Origin: Octopus sinensis
Taxonomy: Eukaryota
DNA length: 64,000 nucleotides
Direction of reading: 5' to 3'
NCBI RefSeq assembly: GCF_006345805.1
Contig: NC_043000.1
Location: forward strand, 63,426,001-63,490,000
Shown here: piece by piece, positions 48,231-61,682 of the stretch
Layout: each line of letters starts with the position of its first letter
Position numbering within the stretch: position 1 is the stretch's first letter
Made by a program: the position numbers and the translations under genes
Notes under the pieces: model-generated
What the model was told of the DNA's origin: nothing
Seen by the model: only the letters and a program-made list of their open reading frames with translations
Databases searched by the model: none

Positions 48231-48675
48231 TGGATCAATATTGCTATATACTTTGATTAATATACGTACATACATACATATATACATACATACATACATA
48301 CATACATACACACACACATGCATGCATACATACATATATATATGTGTATGTGTGTGTATAGGGAGAGAGAGAGAGAGAGGGAGAGACTTATTGATCGATT
48401 GATTGATATGTGTGTAACTATATATACATAAAATTTTCTCTTCCAAATGTTTTTCTTGAAATGTGCACTGTTCAAGGAAAATGATGGGATGTTCATGGAT
48501 AGAACACTTTTCGTCCAAGGTTTACTCACAAATGCATTTTCAGGATGAGAGCGTGGCATACCTTCTGGGCACCTTTATATTGACTGATAACATAATTGTA
48601 AATGTCAAAGTGTCTATTACTTCTTCCTTTAAAATATAGAACGCTTGTGCCAAGCAACTAAAACAAAGCCTGAAC

Positions 48676-48721
<46 letters not shown>

Positions 48722-48759
48722 TCGTTGTATGTGCGCGCGCGCGTGTGTGCGTGTATGTA

Positions 48760-49242
48760 CGAGGTCTCATCAATAAGTATCCGGACTTTTGCCATAGTAA
48801 CAAAGCTAAAACACGCAGAGTGAAGCCGCTCGGCAAAGATTGACCTTGGTCTCTGCTGTTCATGTGCACTAAGTTTTAACGTCCTAGCTCACTTCCGCTG
48901 TTTACAGCAGTACTTGGAAAGAAGGTGTGTAGCGTGTGATCGTCGCATTGACCATGACAGAGAAAGTTGTCATGGTGATACCTGCTTAGAGGCCTAGTTA
49001 AAACTGCAGAAAGTTTATGGAGAGGAGTTTATGAGCCACACACAAGTATACAAGTGGTTTAGAAGTTTCCAAGATGGCCGAAAAAATGTCGATATCGACG
49101 AACGTTCATGGAGACCCGCAACCAGCAGAACTGAGAAAAACATCGCACATGTGCGCGCAGCTGTGAGGGGAAATCGTCGAATCGCCATCACTGAGTTACC
49201 AAAGGTTGCACAGGTTAGTTACGGTTCAGTTCAGTCCATTAT
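48760..49242 (+). mobile_element. Mariner 5' remnant
   Basis: TA-CGAGGTCTCATCAATAAGTATCCGGACT. LQKVYGEEFMSHTQVYKWFRSFQDGRKNVDIDERSWRP..NRRIAITE. Confidence 0.88.
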
Positions 49243-49405
49243 ATATATACGACGGACTCCTATCAGTTTCCATTTACCAGATCTACTCACAAGGCTTTCG
49301 CCGGCCCGAAGCAGTAGTAGAAGACACTTGCCCAAGATGCCACGCAGTGGGACTGAACCCGAACCATGTGGTTTGGAAGCTTCTTGCCACACAACCACGC
49401 CTATA
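49243..49405 (-). mobile_element. SINE-B 5' half
   Basis: Reverse complement of the head and CORE-like segment. Confidence 0.85.
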
Positions 49406-49535
49406 TGTATATACAACTGCTATAAGTGTACCAGCCAGACCCAGTGAACCGCACCACAGAATCAGTGACTCCTCACCAAGCGGAGTTGTACCATTAGACA
49501 GTAATAGGTATTGACTTTATTCATATCTACTTAAT

Positions 49536-49613
<78 letters not shown>

Positions 49614-50007
49614 CGTGTGCGTTTGTACGGGCGAGTGTACGTGCAACAGACCACTCATGTGTGGGCGTTTGTACATCGATATCGACTAACGGTTATATCT
49701 GATACTTTTTTTGTGTATTTCTTTCTTTTTGTATCTGATATTCGTTTTGGATCTTCTTTAAGAATGCAGTCGTATACCTTAAATTACCATTTCTATATAC
49801 GAAGACAAGAAGAAATCTTGCGAAACAGAGTTAAATTTAACGAGATACCTCTTGAAATCATGTGAGTAGACACATCTACACCGAGAGATACACTTAAACC
49901 AGATGTGCAGTATCTCACCTGCGTGGGCTCGATGCTAGATGGGTCGAGAAACAGTTGTAGTGATCAATAAAGATTCTTGTATCTTCCATCTTCCGTCTCT
50001 CTTATTA

Positions 50008-50043
<36 letters not shown>

Positions 50044-50123
50044 TATAGTGGATAGAATGGAAAAAGTTCAAATCAGGCAGACTACGATAACACATACATA
50101 TATGGGTTTAGGTAGGATAAAAG

Positions 50124-50363
50124 AAGGATTGTCCAGACTGAAACATGTATTGATATATTAGAGACGTAAAAATATATAGAAATATAAAAATATATGAATA
50201 CTAAATATATACTTGGGGACACACGCGCGCGCGCGCACATACACATATGTATATTTATATACCTATATGTCCATGTATATTTTTAGTATTCATATAATTT
50301 TATATTTCTATATATTTTAATATCTTTAACATATCAATATATCTTACAGTTCAGACAATCCTT
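50124..50363. repeat. Imperfect inverted repeat, arms about 90 bp (fold-back or MITE)
   Basis: AAGGATTGTCCAGACTG..GAATACTAAATATATAC versus GTATATTTTTAGTATTC..CAGTTCAGACAATCCTT. Confidence 0.75.
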
Positions 50364-50372
50364 ATTTTTATT

Positions 50373-50473
50373 TCTTTATTGCCCATAAGGGGCTAAACAT
50401 AGAGGGGACAAACAGAGGTATTAAGTCGATTACATCGACCCCAGTGCGTAACTGGTACTTAATTTATCGACCC
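50373..50473 (-). mobile_element. SINE-A1 3' fragment
   Basis: TTCTTTATTGCCCATAAGGGGCTAAAC..AATTTATCGACCC. Confidence 0.85.
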
Positions 50474-50650
50474 ATGGTGCTGTATGAACATTTAATGTGG
50501 TTTTGGAGTCAGGTTTTGGCGGCTATTTCCAGCGTGGTGGTATCTCTTAGATACCCTAAATTATAATTTTAATAATAATTATTACGTTTGACGGTTTTTG
50601 TTCCCATGCTGGCCACTTGATAAGATCGATTTTTTAATAACGATCTTATC

Positions 50651-50749
<99 letters not shown>

Positions 50750-51083
50750 TGTATGTATGTCTATGTATATATGTATACACAAACACACACACACACATAT
50801 CAGGCGCGGTCCCACGAATGTTTCAAAGGGAGAGCACAAGGTCAGAAGGGATATAATTCCAGGAGAAAAAGGGCGTAATAACATTACTTAGAAGGAACAC
50901 TTCTTTTCTTGAGGGGGCACCTTCTCCTCACTCTCCCCCTTGGGTCAGTCCTGTATAAATATATGTATGTGTGTATATATATATAAATATAGTGAGAATT
51001 TACAAAACAAAAAGCAAAAGACGAAGACGGGTGTGTAAACAACAAACAGCTGTATTAGTTTAACGCCCGGGAAGTGAGAAAGT

Positions 51084-51119
51084 CTTTTACGTTTCGAGCC
51101 TACGCTCTTCGACAGAAAG
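51084..51119 (-). ncRNA. Minimal hammerhead-like motif with a variant core
   Basis: CUUU-CUGUCGA-A-GAGC-GUAG-GCUC-GAAA-C-GUA-AAAG. All helices pair, stem III is the palindrome ACGU, and A6 is replaced by U. Confidence 0.55.
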
Positions 51120-51266
51120 GAATACAGAAATAAACGGGGAGAGAAAATTAAAAAGTTTAGTGGCTATGCGTGGCTTGGCAAGAAGTTTACTTCCCAGCCA
51201 TATGATTCCGATTTCAGTCTCACAGGGTAGAAACTTGGGCAAGTCTTTACTATAGAGAATAAACTG

Positions 51267-51306
<40 letters not shown>

Positions 51307-51339
51307 CAGGCAATGGATGTAATCAGCATATATATAATT

Positions 51340-51560
51340 ATTTCATTGTTTTACTTGTTTCAGTCATTTGACAGCGGTCATGCTGAAGCAACGCCTTAAA
51401 GGGCTTTAGTCGAAGAAATCGACCCCAGGACCAATTCTTTGTAAGCCTAGTACTTATTCCCTCAGCCTGTATTGCCGAACCGCTACGTTACGGGGACATA
51501 ACCACACCAAGATCGGTTGTCAAGCACTGGCGGCGGCACATACAGACAGACACACACATA
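51340..51560 (-). mobile_element. SINE-B 3' half
   Basis: TTTTACTTGTTTCAGTCATTTGACAGCGGTCATGCTG..CGGTTGTCAAGC. Confidence 0.85.
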
Positions 51561-51627
51561 CATATAGTTACATACATACATACACATATACACATACACA
51601 TATGTATATTTACATGCATACAGATAT

Positions 51628-51713
51628 ATGTGTGTGTGCGCATGCGTGTAACTACGTACGTTATGTATGTGTGTGTGCGCATGCGTGTAACTACGTACGT
51701 TATGTATGTGTGT
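51628..51713 (+). repeat. 39-bp tandem duplication
   Basis: ATGTGTGTGTGCGCATGCGTGTAACTACGTACGTTATGT x2. Confidence 0.9.
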
Positions 51714-52333
51714 TTGACACGGTTGCACAACTGATGGTGACGATTGAGATGTCCACAGTTGACCTCTTATCTCGAGATAATTCGATAGTCATTTCTTTGA
51801 TGGCATGCCAATGGTGAATAAAATTCTTGACTCTTTACATTGCTTCCCTTTCATATTTGGAGTTCGTCCCAATTGCCTCCATATCTCTGCTTTCACTTTC
51901 ACTTTTAAAACGTTTTGTTCGAACTAGAACTGTATCGACCTTGCAGAGAATATATAAACGAGGAAAGTGATAATCTAATACTTACTGGAATAATTAAAAC
52001 AATATTAGTGATTGACTAATATTGTCTTTTCCTCGCCACATAATTACCACTATGTAGCACTTTAACATTTTAATGGTTAGCGTATTAGATATTGTAAATT
52101 GACCTTCATGACCAGATAAGTTACTCTGGTTTTATACTTGTTTTTTGTCAAAGAAATAACGAACTAAACGACAACCAAACAATAGGATGTATTACACACA
52201 CACACATACACACACATATATGTACGCGTATGTATGTATGTATGTATGTATGTATGTATGTATGTATGTATGTATGTATGTATGTGTGTATGTATGTATG
52301 TATGCATGTATGTATGTATGTGTGTATGTATGT

Positions 52334-52490
52334 AAGGTGTGGCTTTGTGGTAAGAAGCTTGTTTGCCAACCACATATTTCCTGGTTCAGTCCTACTGAGT
52401 GGTACCTTGGGCAAGTTTCTTCTACTATAGGCTCGGGCCGACCAAAGCCTTGTGAGTGGATTTAGTAAACGGAAACTGAAAGAAGCCCGT

Positions 52491-52539
<49 letters not shown>

Positions 52540-52781
52540 GTATATATATGTATGTATTATGTATATGTATCTGTTTGTGTTTGTGCTTCTCCCCCACCAT
52601 CGCTTGACAACCGATGTTGGTGTGTTTATGTCCCCGTAACCTAGCGATTCGACAAAAGAGACCTATAGAATAAGTACTAGGTTTACAAAAGAATAAGTGC
52701 TGGGGGCGATTTGTTCGACTAAAGGCGGTGCTCCAGCATGGCCGCAGTCAAATGACTGAAACAATTAAAAGAATAAAAGAA
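52334..52781 (+). mobile_element. SINE-B, full length
   Basis: Head, (TA)(TATG) block, 3' half and TAAAAGAA tail. Confidence 0.92.
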
Positions 52782-54692
52782 TGTGTATGTGTGTGTGTTC
52801 AATAATATATTTTGCCGAAAAACCTGAAGTAAGTACACGGAGGGTGGATAGATGGTTTCAAAGAAGCGCTTTCAATGTTTGCTGTTCGATATTCCAGATT
52901 AACTTATATCACAGTAAGAAGCTCAAATGAGGGCAGCCATATCAAATTCACTCATTCATCAAAAGCCAACCACACCAGAATGGCTGTTGAAAAGATGATG
53001 AAAATGGCAATGCCCCAGCATGACCACAGCCTTTGGGCCAGAACACACAAAGGAAATAATGTGTGCGTGTGTGCCTGTGTCTTGCGTGCACTCGCGCGTA
53101 AGTAAAATTTCTTGATAGAATTGAAAATATTCTCGATGAATTGTGGTACTTCGACTGAATTGCTTGAGAACACTTAATTCTTTTACAGTATTAATTGTTT
53201 CTTTTTAAATGCAGTTTTCTATTACTTTTGTTGTTTACTTTTAATACTGTAATATTATTTTTCAAATATTTAATCCTCAAAAACTACACAAAAAATCTTG
53301 TTCAAAATTTATGTGATAACTGCATTGTATTTGTCCGTAACTCTTACTTTTTCTGTGCTAACTTTGCTTTCTAACGCTGAGTAGTGTTTAAATAGTCTTC
53401 CATTTACCTTAATTATATTATTACAAATTTCCGAAATATCAATCTGCTTCAGTTTGTCAAATTTTGACACATTTATAAATTTTTTTGCCACTTCTCTTCT
53501 GTTGTTTTGTATTACATTTTTCAAAAATTTGTTCTCTAACCCAATCGCACTTAAATTCATTTTCATAGTTTTTGCTTTCTACACGTTTTTTTTGTTTTTA
53601 TTTTTCTTGAACTTCTATAGTTCCATAACCATATAATTCTTGACAGAATTTCTTCAGTTTTATCACTATATCTGTACGTTTTAAAACGTCTCATAAAGTA
53701 TATATTAGTTTTCATTCTTTGTAAACTGTAAAAACTGAAGACGAGTGTTACATGCAACAACAACAGTAGCAACAGTAGTTACATGCAACAACAACAAGAT
53801 CCGCGTGACAAATATTCTGTGTGTCACCCACAAGAATAAGAACTATAAGAATTTCAAAACAAGGACCCAAAAATGAGTTTATCACAAGCTTCCAGTGAAC
53901 AAAAGAAGCTAACCATTCTGCTAAGATCATTCTTTTAAAGACGCGGTTTTGAAAATTAAGATGCACTTTTCCTCTCGTAGTTAACAATATGTGAGCTGTT
54001 TGATGTTTGATAGAGGCAATAACCTGTACATAATAACCCTCATATGAAATTAGCTGATAGTATTGTCTATAAAGAAGTATTACTATCAGAGATCTATTGT
54101 TTTGTTTATTTTATGAAATATACTTTTTGTGTCGTCTTAATATCTGTTTCTTAAGATAGAGTACGGAACACAGTTAATATATTTTATCTCATTTGAAGAT
54201 TATTTTGTTGCAGAAGCAAAATTAAGTAACAAACAACGAATAGATGGCTAAAAGTATGAGAGTCATGCCGTCGGCTGTTTCTGCCTATCATACCTTTTCC
54301 ACCGGAAACTATTAAGTTACAAATCCTACACACGATATTGATAAAATAAATAGCAGCCATTTGCTGAGGGCTTAGTCATAAGAGGATTGTGAGTGACCCG
54401 GATTTTTAGGTCTCCAAGACCAGTGAAATAAGGGATGAATTTATATGTAACTCGGAAATGGGTTCTGCAAAAAGATTCCTGGTCCCCGATTATGATACAA
54501 AAACTGATACTGGGTTAAATCTACCTCGTCCAAAGAGGTACAGGGTATTCGATTGGCTTATGTACAGTTCCGTCTACCCGAATCCAATCGCAAATCTTAG
54601 GTTGATCCATGAATATATTAGAGGAAATTTGCGGATCTGGAATGAGGGCTCCACAGGCATCCAGCAAGCTTTGCCCTTTTGAATTTCCTCTC

Positions 54693-54868
54693 AGTGCTTA
54701 GCAGCGTTTTGCTCCGCTTTACGTTCAAATTTCGCCGAGGTTGACTTTGACTTTCATCCTTTCGGTGTCGATTAAAGTAAGTACCAACTGAGCACTGGGG
54801 TCTATGTAATCCATTTACCCACTCACTCGAAATTGCTAGCCTTATGCCAACATTTGAAATCAATATTT
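54693..54868 (+). mobile_element. SINE-A2
   Basis: Body plus tail AAATTGCTAGCCTTATGCCAACATTTGAAA. Confidence 0.8.
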
Positions 54869-55020
54869 CCTCCCAGTCTTTATCATATCTGTTTGGAAAT
54901 CAAGATCCACTACCAGAATTAAGGTCTGAGAACAAGTCATTTAATAAAACCTTTTCAGCTGACTTTCTTATGAAAATTGTCTTCTTGAGCCAATATAAGA
55001 AGTTATTATAGGAGCTGACT

Positions 55021-55432
55021 AAGGCGGCAAGCTAACAGAATCGTTAGCACGCTGGACGAAATGCTTGGTTGATTTTCGTCCGGGTTCAAATTCGGCCTTT
55101 CATCCTTTCGGGTTCGATAAATTAAGTTCCAGTGAGATACTGGAGTCGATGTTATCGACTAGTTCCCTTCCTCAAAAATTTCAGGCTTTGTGCCTTTAGT
55201 AGAATGGATTATTATAGGAGCTGGTGGAATCTTTAGCGTGTCAAGCAAAATGCCTAATGGTATTTCTTCTAACTCTTCACATTCAGAATTCAAATTCCGC
55301 TGACGTCGATTTAACCTTTCATCTTTTTTTTAGTGAGATAAAATAAGTACTAACTGAACATTAGTGTCGATGCAAACACCTTACCCCCACCCTAAAATTT
55401 CTAGTCTTGTGGCAAAAATTGAAACAATTATT
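55021..55432 (+). mobile_element. Two adjacent SINE-A2 copies
   Basis: 55021-55212 and 55218-55432; both are diverged, with A2-type tails. Confidence 0.75.
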
Positions 55433-56373
55433 ATAGCTTTAATAATGGTGATAATAGCAGCAATTGAAGAGTTTCTTTCCATACGGTCAACGGGAAAGTA
55501 AAGACAGATGTCAAAATTCATACTTAAGAAATGGTAAGACAGTCACGATTGGAACACCATTGTCCATAGATCTGATCGGTCAACTGACATGGAACTAAAC
55601 AATAGCAATAATAACACAAGCTCTTCTTTTCTTTCTTCGTATCTTTCTTTCTCCCCCCCCCCCCATTTTTTTTACGCAGTTTCAGTTTTCTTATGTTCTT
55701 GTCAAGTAGTAAAATACAACTGAACAAAACTCCCAAGGTGAGTAATTAATCGAAATTAAACGCCAGAACTGAACATCAAAGACAAACAAACACGGTTTTG
55801 TAAATATCCAGAGATTTGATAGAGAAAAAGAATATAAAACATGACGATGGATTCTTAACCTAACATGACAAAAAAAAAAAAAAAAAAAACAAAGCAAGAA
55901 AGAAGAAAGAAAAAAATTAACAAAAATTTTGTAGATTTCAATACAAGGGATGAAAACTTTGCAATCTTAATTGGAATATCTCAGAGAGTGAAATTGAGAG
56001 AAATAGTTAGCTGTATGCACGAGCACGCACATGTGTCTTAGCTTATGAGCGAAAGGGATATGTGGCGTGTGTGCGCATGTGTGTGCGGATAGCTAGTGAA
56101 TGTGCGGAAGCGTGCATCTGTAAGCACGTGTATAAACACGTGTGTCTAAGTGTGTATCTATTTCAGAGATGCTACTGAGAGCATATGTTAATATGTTTGT
56201 ATGCGTGTGCTTGAAAGAGAGAGAGAGAGAGAGAGAGAGAGCATACGCGTGCGCGTGAGATAGAGTGATAGACAGAGGAGGGGAGTTGAGCTTCGCACAT
56301 GAAGATACTGTATTTGTACGAATGATTTTATAGTGTATTGGCGCATGCAATTATCCGTGCGTGCGTGCGTGCG

Positions 56374-56425
<52 letters not shown>

Positions 56426-56562
56426 TGTGTGTACAAGAAATTGTTTACATGTGCGGTATTTGCACATTGTGAAATCATGTGCGTTTATGAAAGATAGAGT
56501 GGGAAAAGCCTGTGTGTATCGGAGAGGAAGAGATAGAGAAAGACGCAGACAGGGGAAGCGAT

Positions 56563-56564
<2 letters not shown>

Positions 56565-56649
<85 letters not shown>

Positions 56650-56660
56650 GAGAGAGAGAA
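56565..56660. repeat. (GA)n microsatellite
   Basis: Seen directly. Confidence 0.95.
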
Positions 56661-56836
56661 GGGAATGGAAAGGATAAATGTAGCAAGATTTTTGCCTGCA
56701 AGCAAAAATATAGCGTCCGGCGTTTCAGCATTCTTGTTGGGACTGTTCTGTTTACTAAATCCCACATTCCTAAAGTCAAATTCAAGGTTCAGTTAGCCTT
56801 TAACTTAAATCGACTTTCATTTGTGTGTGTGGGTGG

Positions 56837-56881
<45 letters not shown>

Positions 56882-57124
56882 AGAAAAAAAGGTTAAAAAT
56901 AATGGTCAGTATATACTATTCCTTTTATATCTCACTCTGTGTAAAAATCAGTTTGTCTGTAACCCATTCAGGGATTTACAGATTTACAATATAGAATTGT
57001 GATGAGACGTAACCTGGGACCTTACCAAAAAAGCACCTGCAGTTCTTCATTAATCCAAGTAATATTATTAGCTTCATGTGCCAACAGAGAGCTTTTGAAG
57101 TATTTTCTGCGGATTGATAAACCC

Positions 57125-57164
<40 letters not shown>

Positions 57165-57242
57165 AGTAATATATATATATATAAGAGTATATATATATAT
57201 ATTATATTATATATATATATATATAATATATATATATAAGAG

Positions 57243-57276
<34 letters not shown>

Positions 57277-57506
57277 ATATATATTAGAAATATTATTATT
57301 TCTAAATCTATCAAAGAGAAACATGTTGCTTTGTGCTGGGTGGCAGTGCTGGGTTCCCTGTTCGAAAGCATAAGGACATAGATAGTGTGTCGCATAGGCA
57401 GCTAGAAACGATGTTTCTTGGGGCTAAAACAACAGTAACATCGCTCCTTTCAGCACAACCACCTTATGTTGGCGAATAGCATATATATATATATATATTA
57501 TATATA

Positions 57507-57616
<110 letters not shown>

Positions 57617-57647
57617 TATATATATTATATATATACACACACACATA

Positions 57648-58904
57648 CAGGAAGTAAATAGACACCTTTAATTTTCAAAATTTCTGATCTAAGTGTATGA
57701 ATATGTTTCCAGCGGTGTAGAATTTACAATGTAATTATTCTTTTTCATTCCAGGTGCCATTATATTAAACATTTACGAAGAGTAACCATGCCACACACAA
57801 AAAAAATTCAGCAGAACTGTCAGATTTTCAAAGAGGTCGTATTGTTGGGCAATTTGAGGTTGGTCTTAGCCAGCGAAAAATTACCGAAAATCTTCAAATT
57901 CCTCTTGCTACTCTTAATAGAATTATAGTGCAATTCAAAAGCCAAGGAAAAGAATCAACAGATTTTCGTCCCGGCCGACCTGGGTCCTCGGAATGGAAGC
58001 ATCGCTGTTTGAAGAGAATTATGGAAAACGAACACCGTTCGAAGGCTTCTGACATTGCAAAACAGCTAGAAGTTAGTCCAAGAACGTGTGTTACATATAT
58101 GCATAAGCTTGGGTATTATGGACGTGCAGCTAGGAGAAAACCTCTCCTTCAACCAATTAATATCACGAAAAGAAAGAAATGGGCTAAGGAGATGTCAGAA
58201 AAATCCAATTCATTTTGGGATAGAGTGATTTTCTATGATGAACTCAGATTTACATTATTTTCAGACAGTGGACGTATTTGGGTCTTGAGGCTTCCCAATG
58301 AAGAATTTAATTTGAAACGACTCCAACTAATTGTGAAGCATGGCAGTATCTCTAATGGTATGCGGGGCTGTCACCAGCAATTATCGTTCTGAGCTGATCG
58401 AATGTGTTGGACCATAAACTCTGAAAAATACATCGAAATACTTAAGCAAGGACTACTTCCGATGTATTCACACAATAACATAACAAAAAATTGTGTTTTT
58501 ATTCATGGAAGATGGGGCTCCATGTCACACAGCGAAAAGGAATCAACAATGGCTGACGGAAAATGTGATCAAAAAGCTTCCTTGGCCGGGCCAATCTCCT
58601 GACATGAACCCAATTGAAAATCTTTGGAGCATACTAGATAGAGCGATACGGAAAACTCAACAGAAACCTAAATCTAAAGATGAATCGTTTCGATTGTTGC
58701 TTGAAAAGTGAGCAGAAATTCCACAAGAGACAATCACAAAGCTCATCAGTTCAATGCCAAAAAGAGTTTCTGAAGTAAAAACTGCAAAGGAAATGTCAAC
58801 TAAATACTAAAGTATGTAGTCTGACCTAACGATTACATTTCAATTGTTCGCTTTGCGTATTAAATAAAAGATTTTGAAAATTAAAGGTGTCTATTTACTT
58901 CCTG
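57648..58904 (+). mobile_element. Tc1 (DD34E) element, full length, 1257 bp
   Basis: Perfect 34-bp TIRs CAGGAAGTAAATAGACACCTTTAATTTTCAAAAT. TA on the left, CA on the right. Confidence 0.95.
57788..58810 (+). pseudogene. Tc1 transposase
   Basis: [30 protein letters not shown] and WPGQSPDMNPIENLW, with 34 residues between D and E. About four frameshifts and one W-to-stop. Confidence 0.93.
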
Positions 58905-58916
58905 CAAGTCTGTCTG

Positions 58917-58990
<74 letters not shown>

Positions 58991-60654
58991 TATATATATA
59001 TATATATATAAATTAAGAAATGGATTTAAACGCAGGTGTTATTCAAATCTTTATACTGCTTCGATGGTGGAGTCTACAATCTGTCTAGTCTTCGATTACA
59101 AAGACTGACCAATAATGTTCATGTCGTCTGCAATATACCGATGACAATGCCTCGCTAGAACATTTACCCAAAGAAATGTAGGAATCGGTTAACAAGTTTT
59201 AAAATGCATGCTCTATGTGTGTGTGTGTATGTGTGCGTGCGTGTGTGCGTGTGCGCGTATATGTGTGTGATAGTGTGTATGTGTGTGTACGTGTGTGTGT
59301 TTGTGTATGTATGTACTGCGTCTGCGTATGTGTGTATTTTGCCCAACCGGTCTTCCGATTACTATGGTTCCAAACTATTCTGGTGTAATTCAGTGTAAAT
59401 TCCGAAACATATTCTGAAGGCGGAAACATTCTTCCTACTCATTAACTGTATGTTTAAAACAAACCAAATGTAATGCGCTGACCTTCTAACCACTAAATTC
59501 CCCATTCCAAGGGATTTTAATTAGCTTACGTAACTGTCAATAACTATATTTACCTCTTCCACTTTCATGTTGTGACACTGTCACTCCGCAGCGAAGTTAT
59601 GTTATCTGTTAACATGCTTTTCATTCACGTTCAGAACTTCAGTTTTGAAAATTTTGTGCTTCTAGCTCTTAAATTTAGCTCTATTTTTAAATACATGCAC
59701 CTTGTTCCAATTTTTTATAATCTAGCACCTCGCTCCTATTTAGAACTAATTTTAATAATATGCCTCTTTTATTTTCTTTGAATTATTTTTTTCATTTATG
59801 CAAGGCATGTAAGCGTGTTTGAAGTAAATTTTGAGCATGTTCAGTTTCTGTAAAAGACCCACTTAATTCTGACTGTTCAGACAGCGAGCTAGCGGTATTA
59901 TTTTTAAGATGCTAATTTCAAAATTTTAATTTATTTAACTTCACTGTCAAAGTAGCTGAAGCGGAAGAATTTTTGTTTCTGTAGCATAATTAACGGAGAA
60001 TTTTTATATATTCACTTTTTAAGTATTCTTTTTTTTTATATATATATACACTTTTTAAAAAATAAAAACCGCCATTTATAGAAAATTGAAATATTTTCTT
60101 CTAAGAAAAAAAAATTGAAGGTACATGGTCAGACACCAAGTCAATTAAAAAGCAATGCAAGGAATTTCTAATGATTTGTTCGCTACATTTCTTTCAGACG
60201 TTCTTTAGAGAAACATGTGGTATAAGAGTATAATCATTGAGTACAGTTATGGTATAAAATTGAATTCGTTAGTAAATTCCTTAGAGACTGTTGCTACGTT
60301 ATTAAGAACTTTTCCGCTATCAAAACTTCAAAATTTATCTTTGTTCACTGAAAACGTATTATGAAAGTGGAAACAAATGCTCTTTCTTTGATATGATTTT
60401 CTTGATATGATGTTACTATAACCGTGTACATCTTATAATTTACGTTCTTAAAATCATTTAAAAAGTACCAAAATCCAAATGTCTATAAACTATATAAAGA
60501 TTAACATGTGTTTTGCATTGCGTATATTGTTTGTTGAAAGTTACAAAACCAAAATTTTATGAGGTGAGCAAATTTCAGCTACATTTTGCTATAATTTGAT
60601 GTATCAACAACGAGAGAATACCAACATTTTAAAATTCATGCGCAAATATTTGAA

Positions 60655-60965
<311 letters not shown>

Positions 60966-61044
60966 CAAAAATCATGCAAGATTATGAAATGTTAATGAAT
61001 TTTTAAATTATTTTTTAAATTTAGATCTGATTTTCCCACACAGT

Positions 61045-61617
61045 ATAAAATTAACGGCGGAACTCGAAGCAATCCAGTGAAGCTACACAAAGAAAATCGT
61101 CTCGATGAAACGTGTCAGAAACTGGAAAAGGCTGAAAAGCTAAGATTCTACTCCTTAGAACGATAGCAGAAAAGATATGCGGTGATATACACCTGGAAGA
61201 TCCTGGAAGGATTTGTGCCAAACTTTGGCATTGAAAGATAAACAAACAGCAGAACTGGGCGCCCTGCATAGTACCAAAGATTTCAACATTGCCATCAAAG
61301 TACAGGACCAGATATTGCAACAGTTTGGGTTTCAAGGGCCCACAGCTGTCCAGTATCCTTTCAAAATGCCTGAGCGACTCGCATGGTGTGGATGTAGGTG
61401 TCTTCAAAACAAAACTGGATCTCTTCCTGTCAAGGGTTGCGGATGAGCCTACCTCACAGCAAGAAACACCGATGAGGGTAGCAGCGTCAAACTCCCTCAT
61501 TGACCAAATGCCACATATCAGAGGGAGTTTCAAATAATGAAGGTGTAGCAAAGCCAACAGTGGTGCCCCAGCATGACCGCAGCTTTCGTGCTGAAACTGG
61601 TTAAAGAGTTAAAGAGT
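61045..61617 (+). mobile_element. CR1-like LINE, 5'-truncated 3' end
   Basis: KLTAELEAIQ*SYTKKI, FYSLER*QKRYAVIYTWKILEGFVPN and NSLGFKGPQL..VFKTKLDLFLSRVADEP..AASNSLIDQ, then a 3' UTR ending in (TTAAAGAG)n. Confidence 0.85.
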
Positions 61618-61628
61618 TAGAGAGTTAT

Positions 61629-61682
<54 letters not shown>

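Noticed and set aside
49910-49965. CTCGA..TCGAG-AAAC as a hammerhead
   Set aside because: The upstream sequence CTGCGTGGG is not a CUGANGA core, and no stem III or UH site was found.
50801-50953. MITE with CAGG..CCTG ends
   Set aside because: The TIR match is weak and there is no TA or 8-bp TSD; it cannot be supported without copy-number data.
53309-53772. Two ORFs overlapping at ATGA as a gene or translationally coupled pair
   Set aside because: The strand is extremely A-rich, several frames are partly open, and no motif is recognisable.
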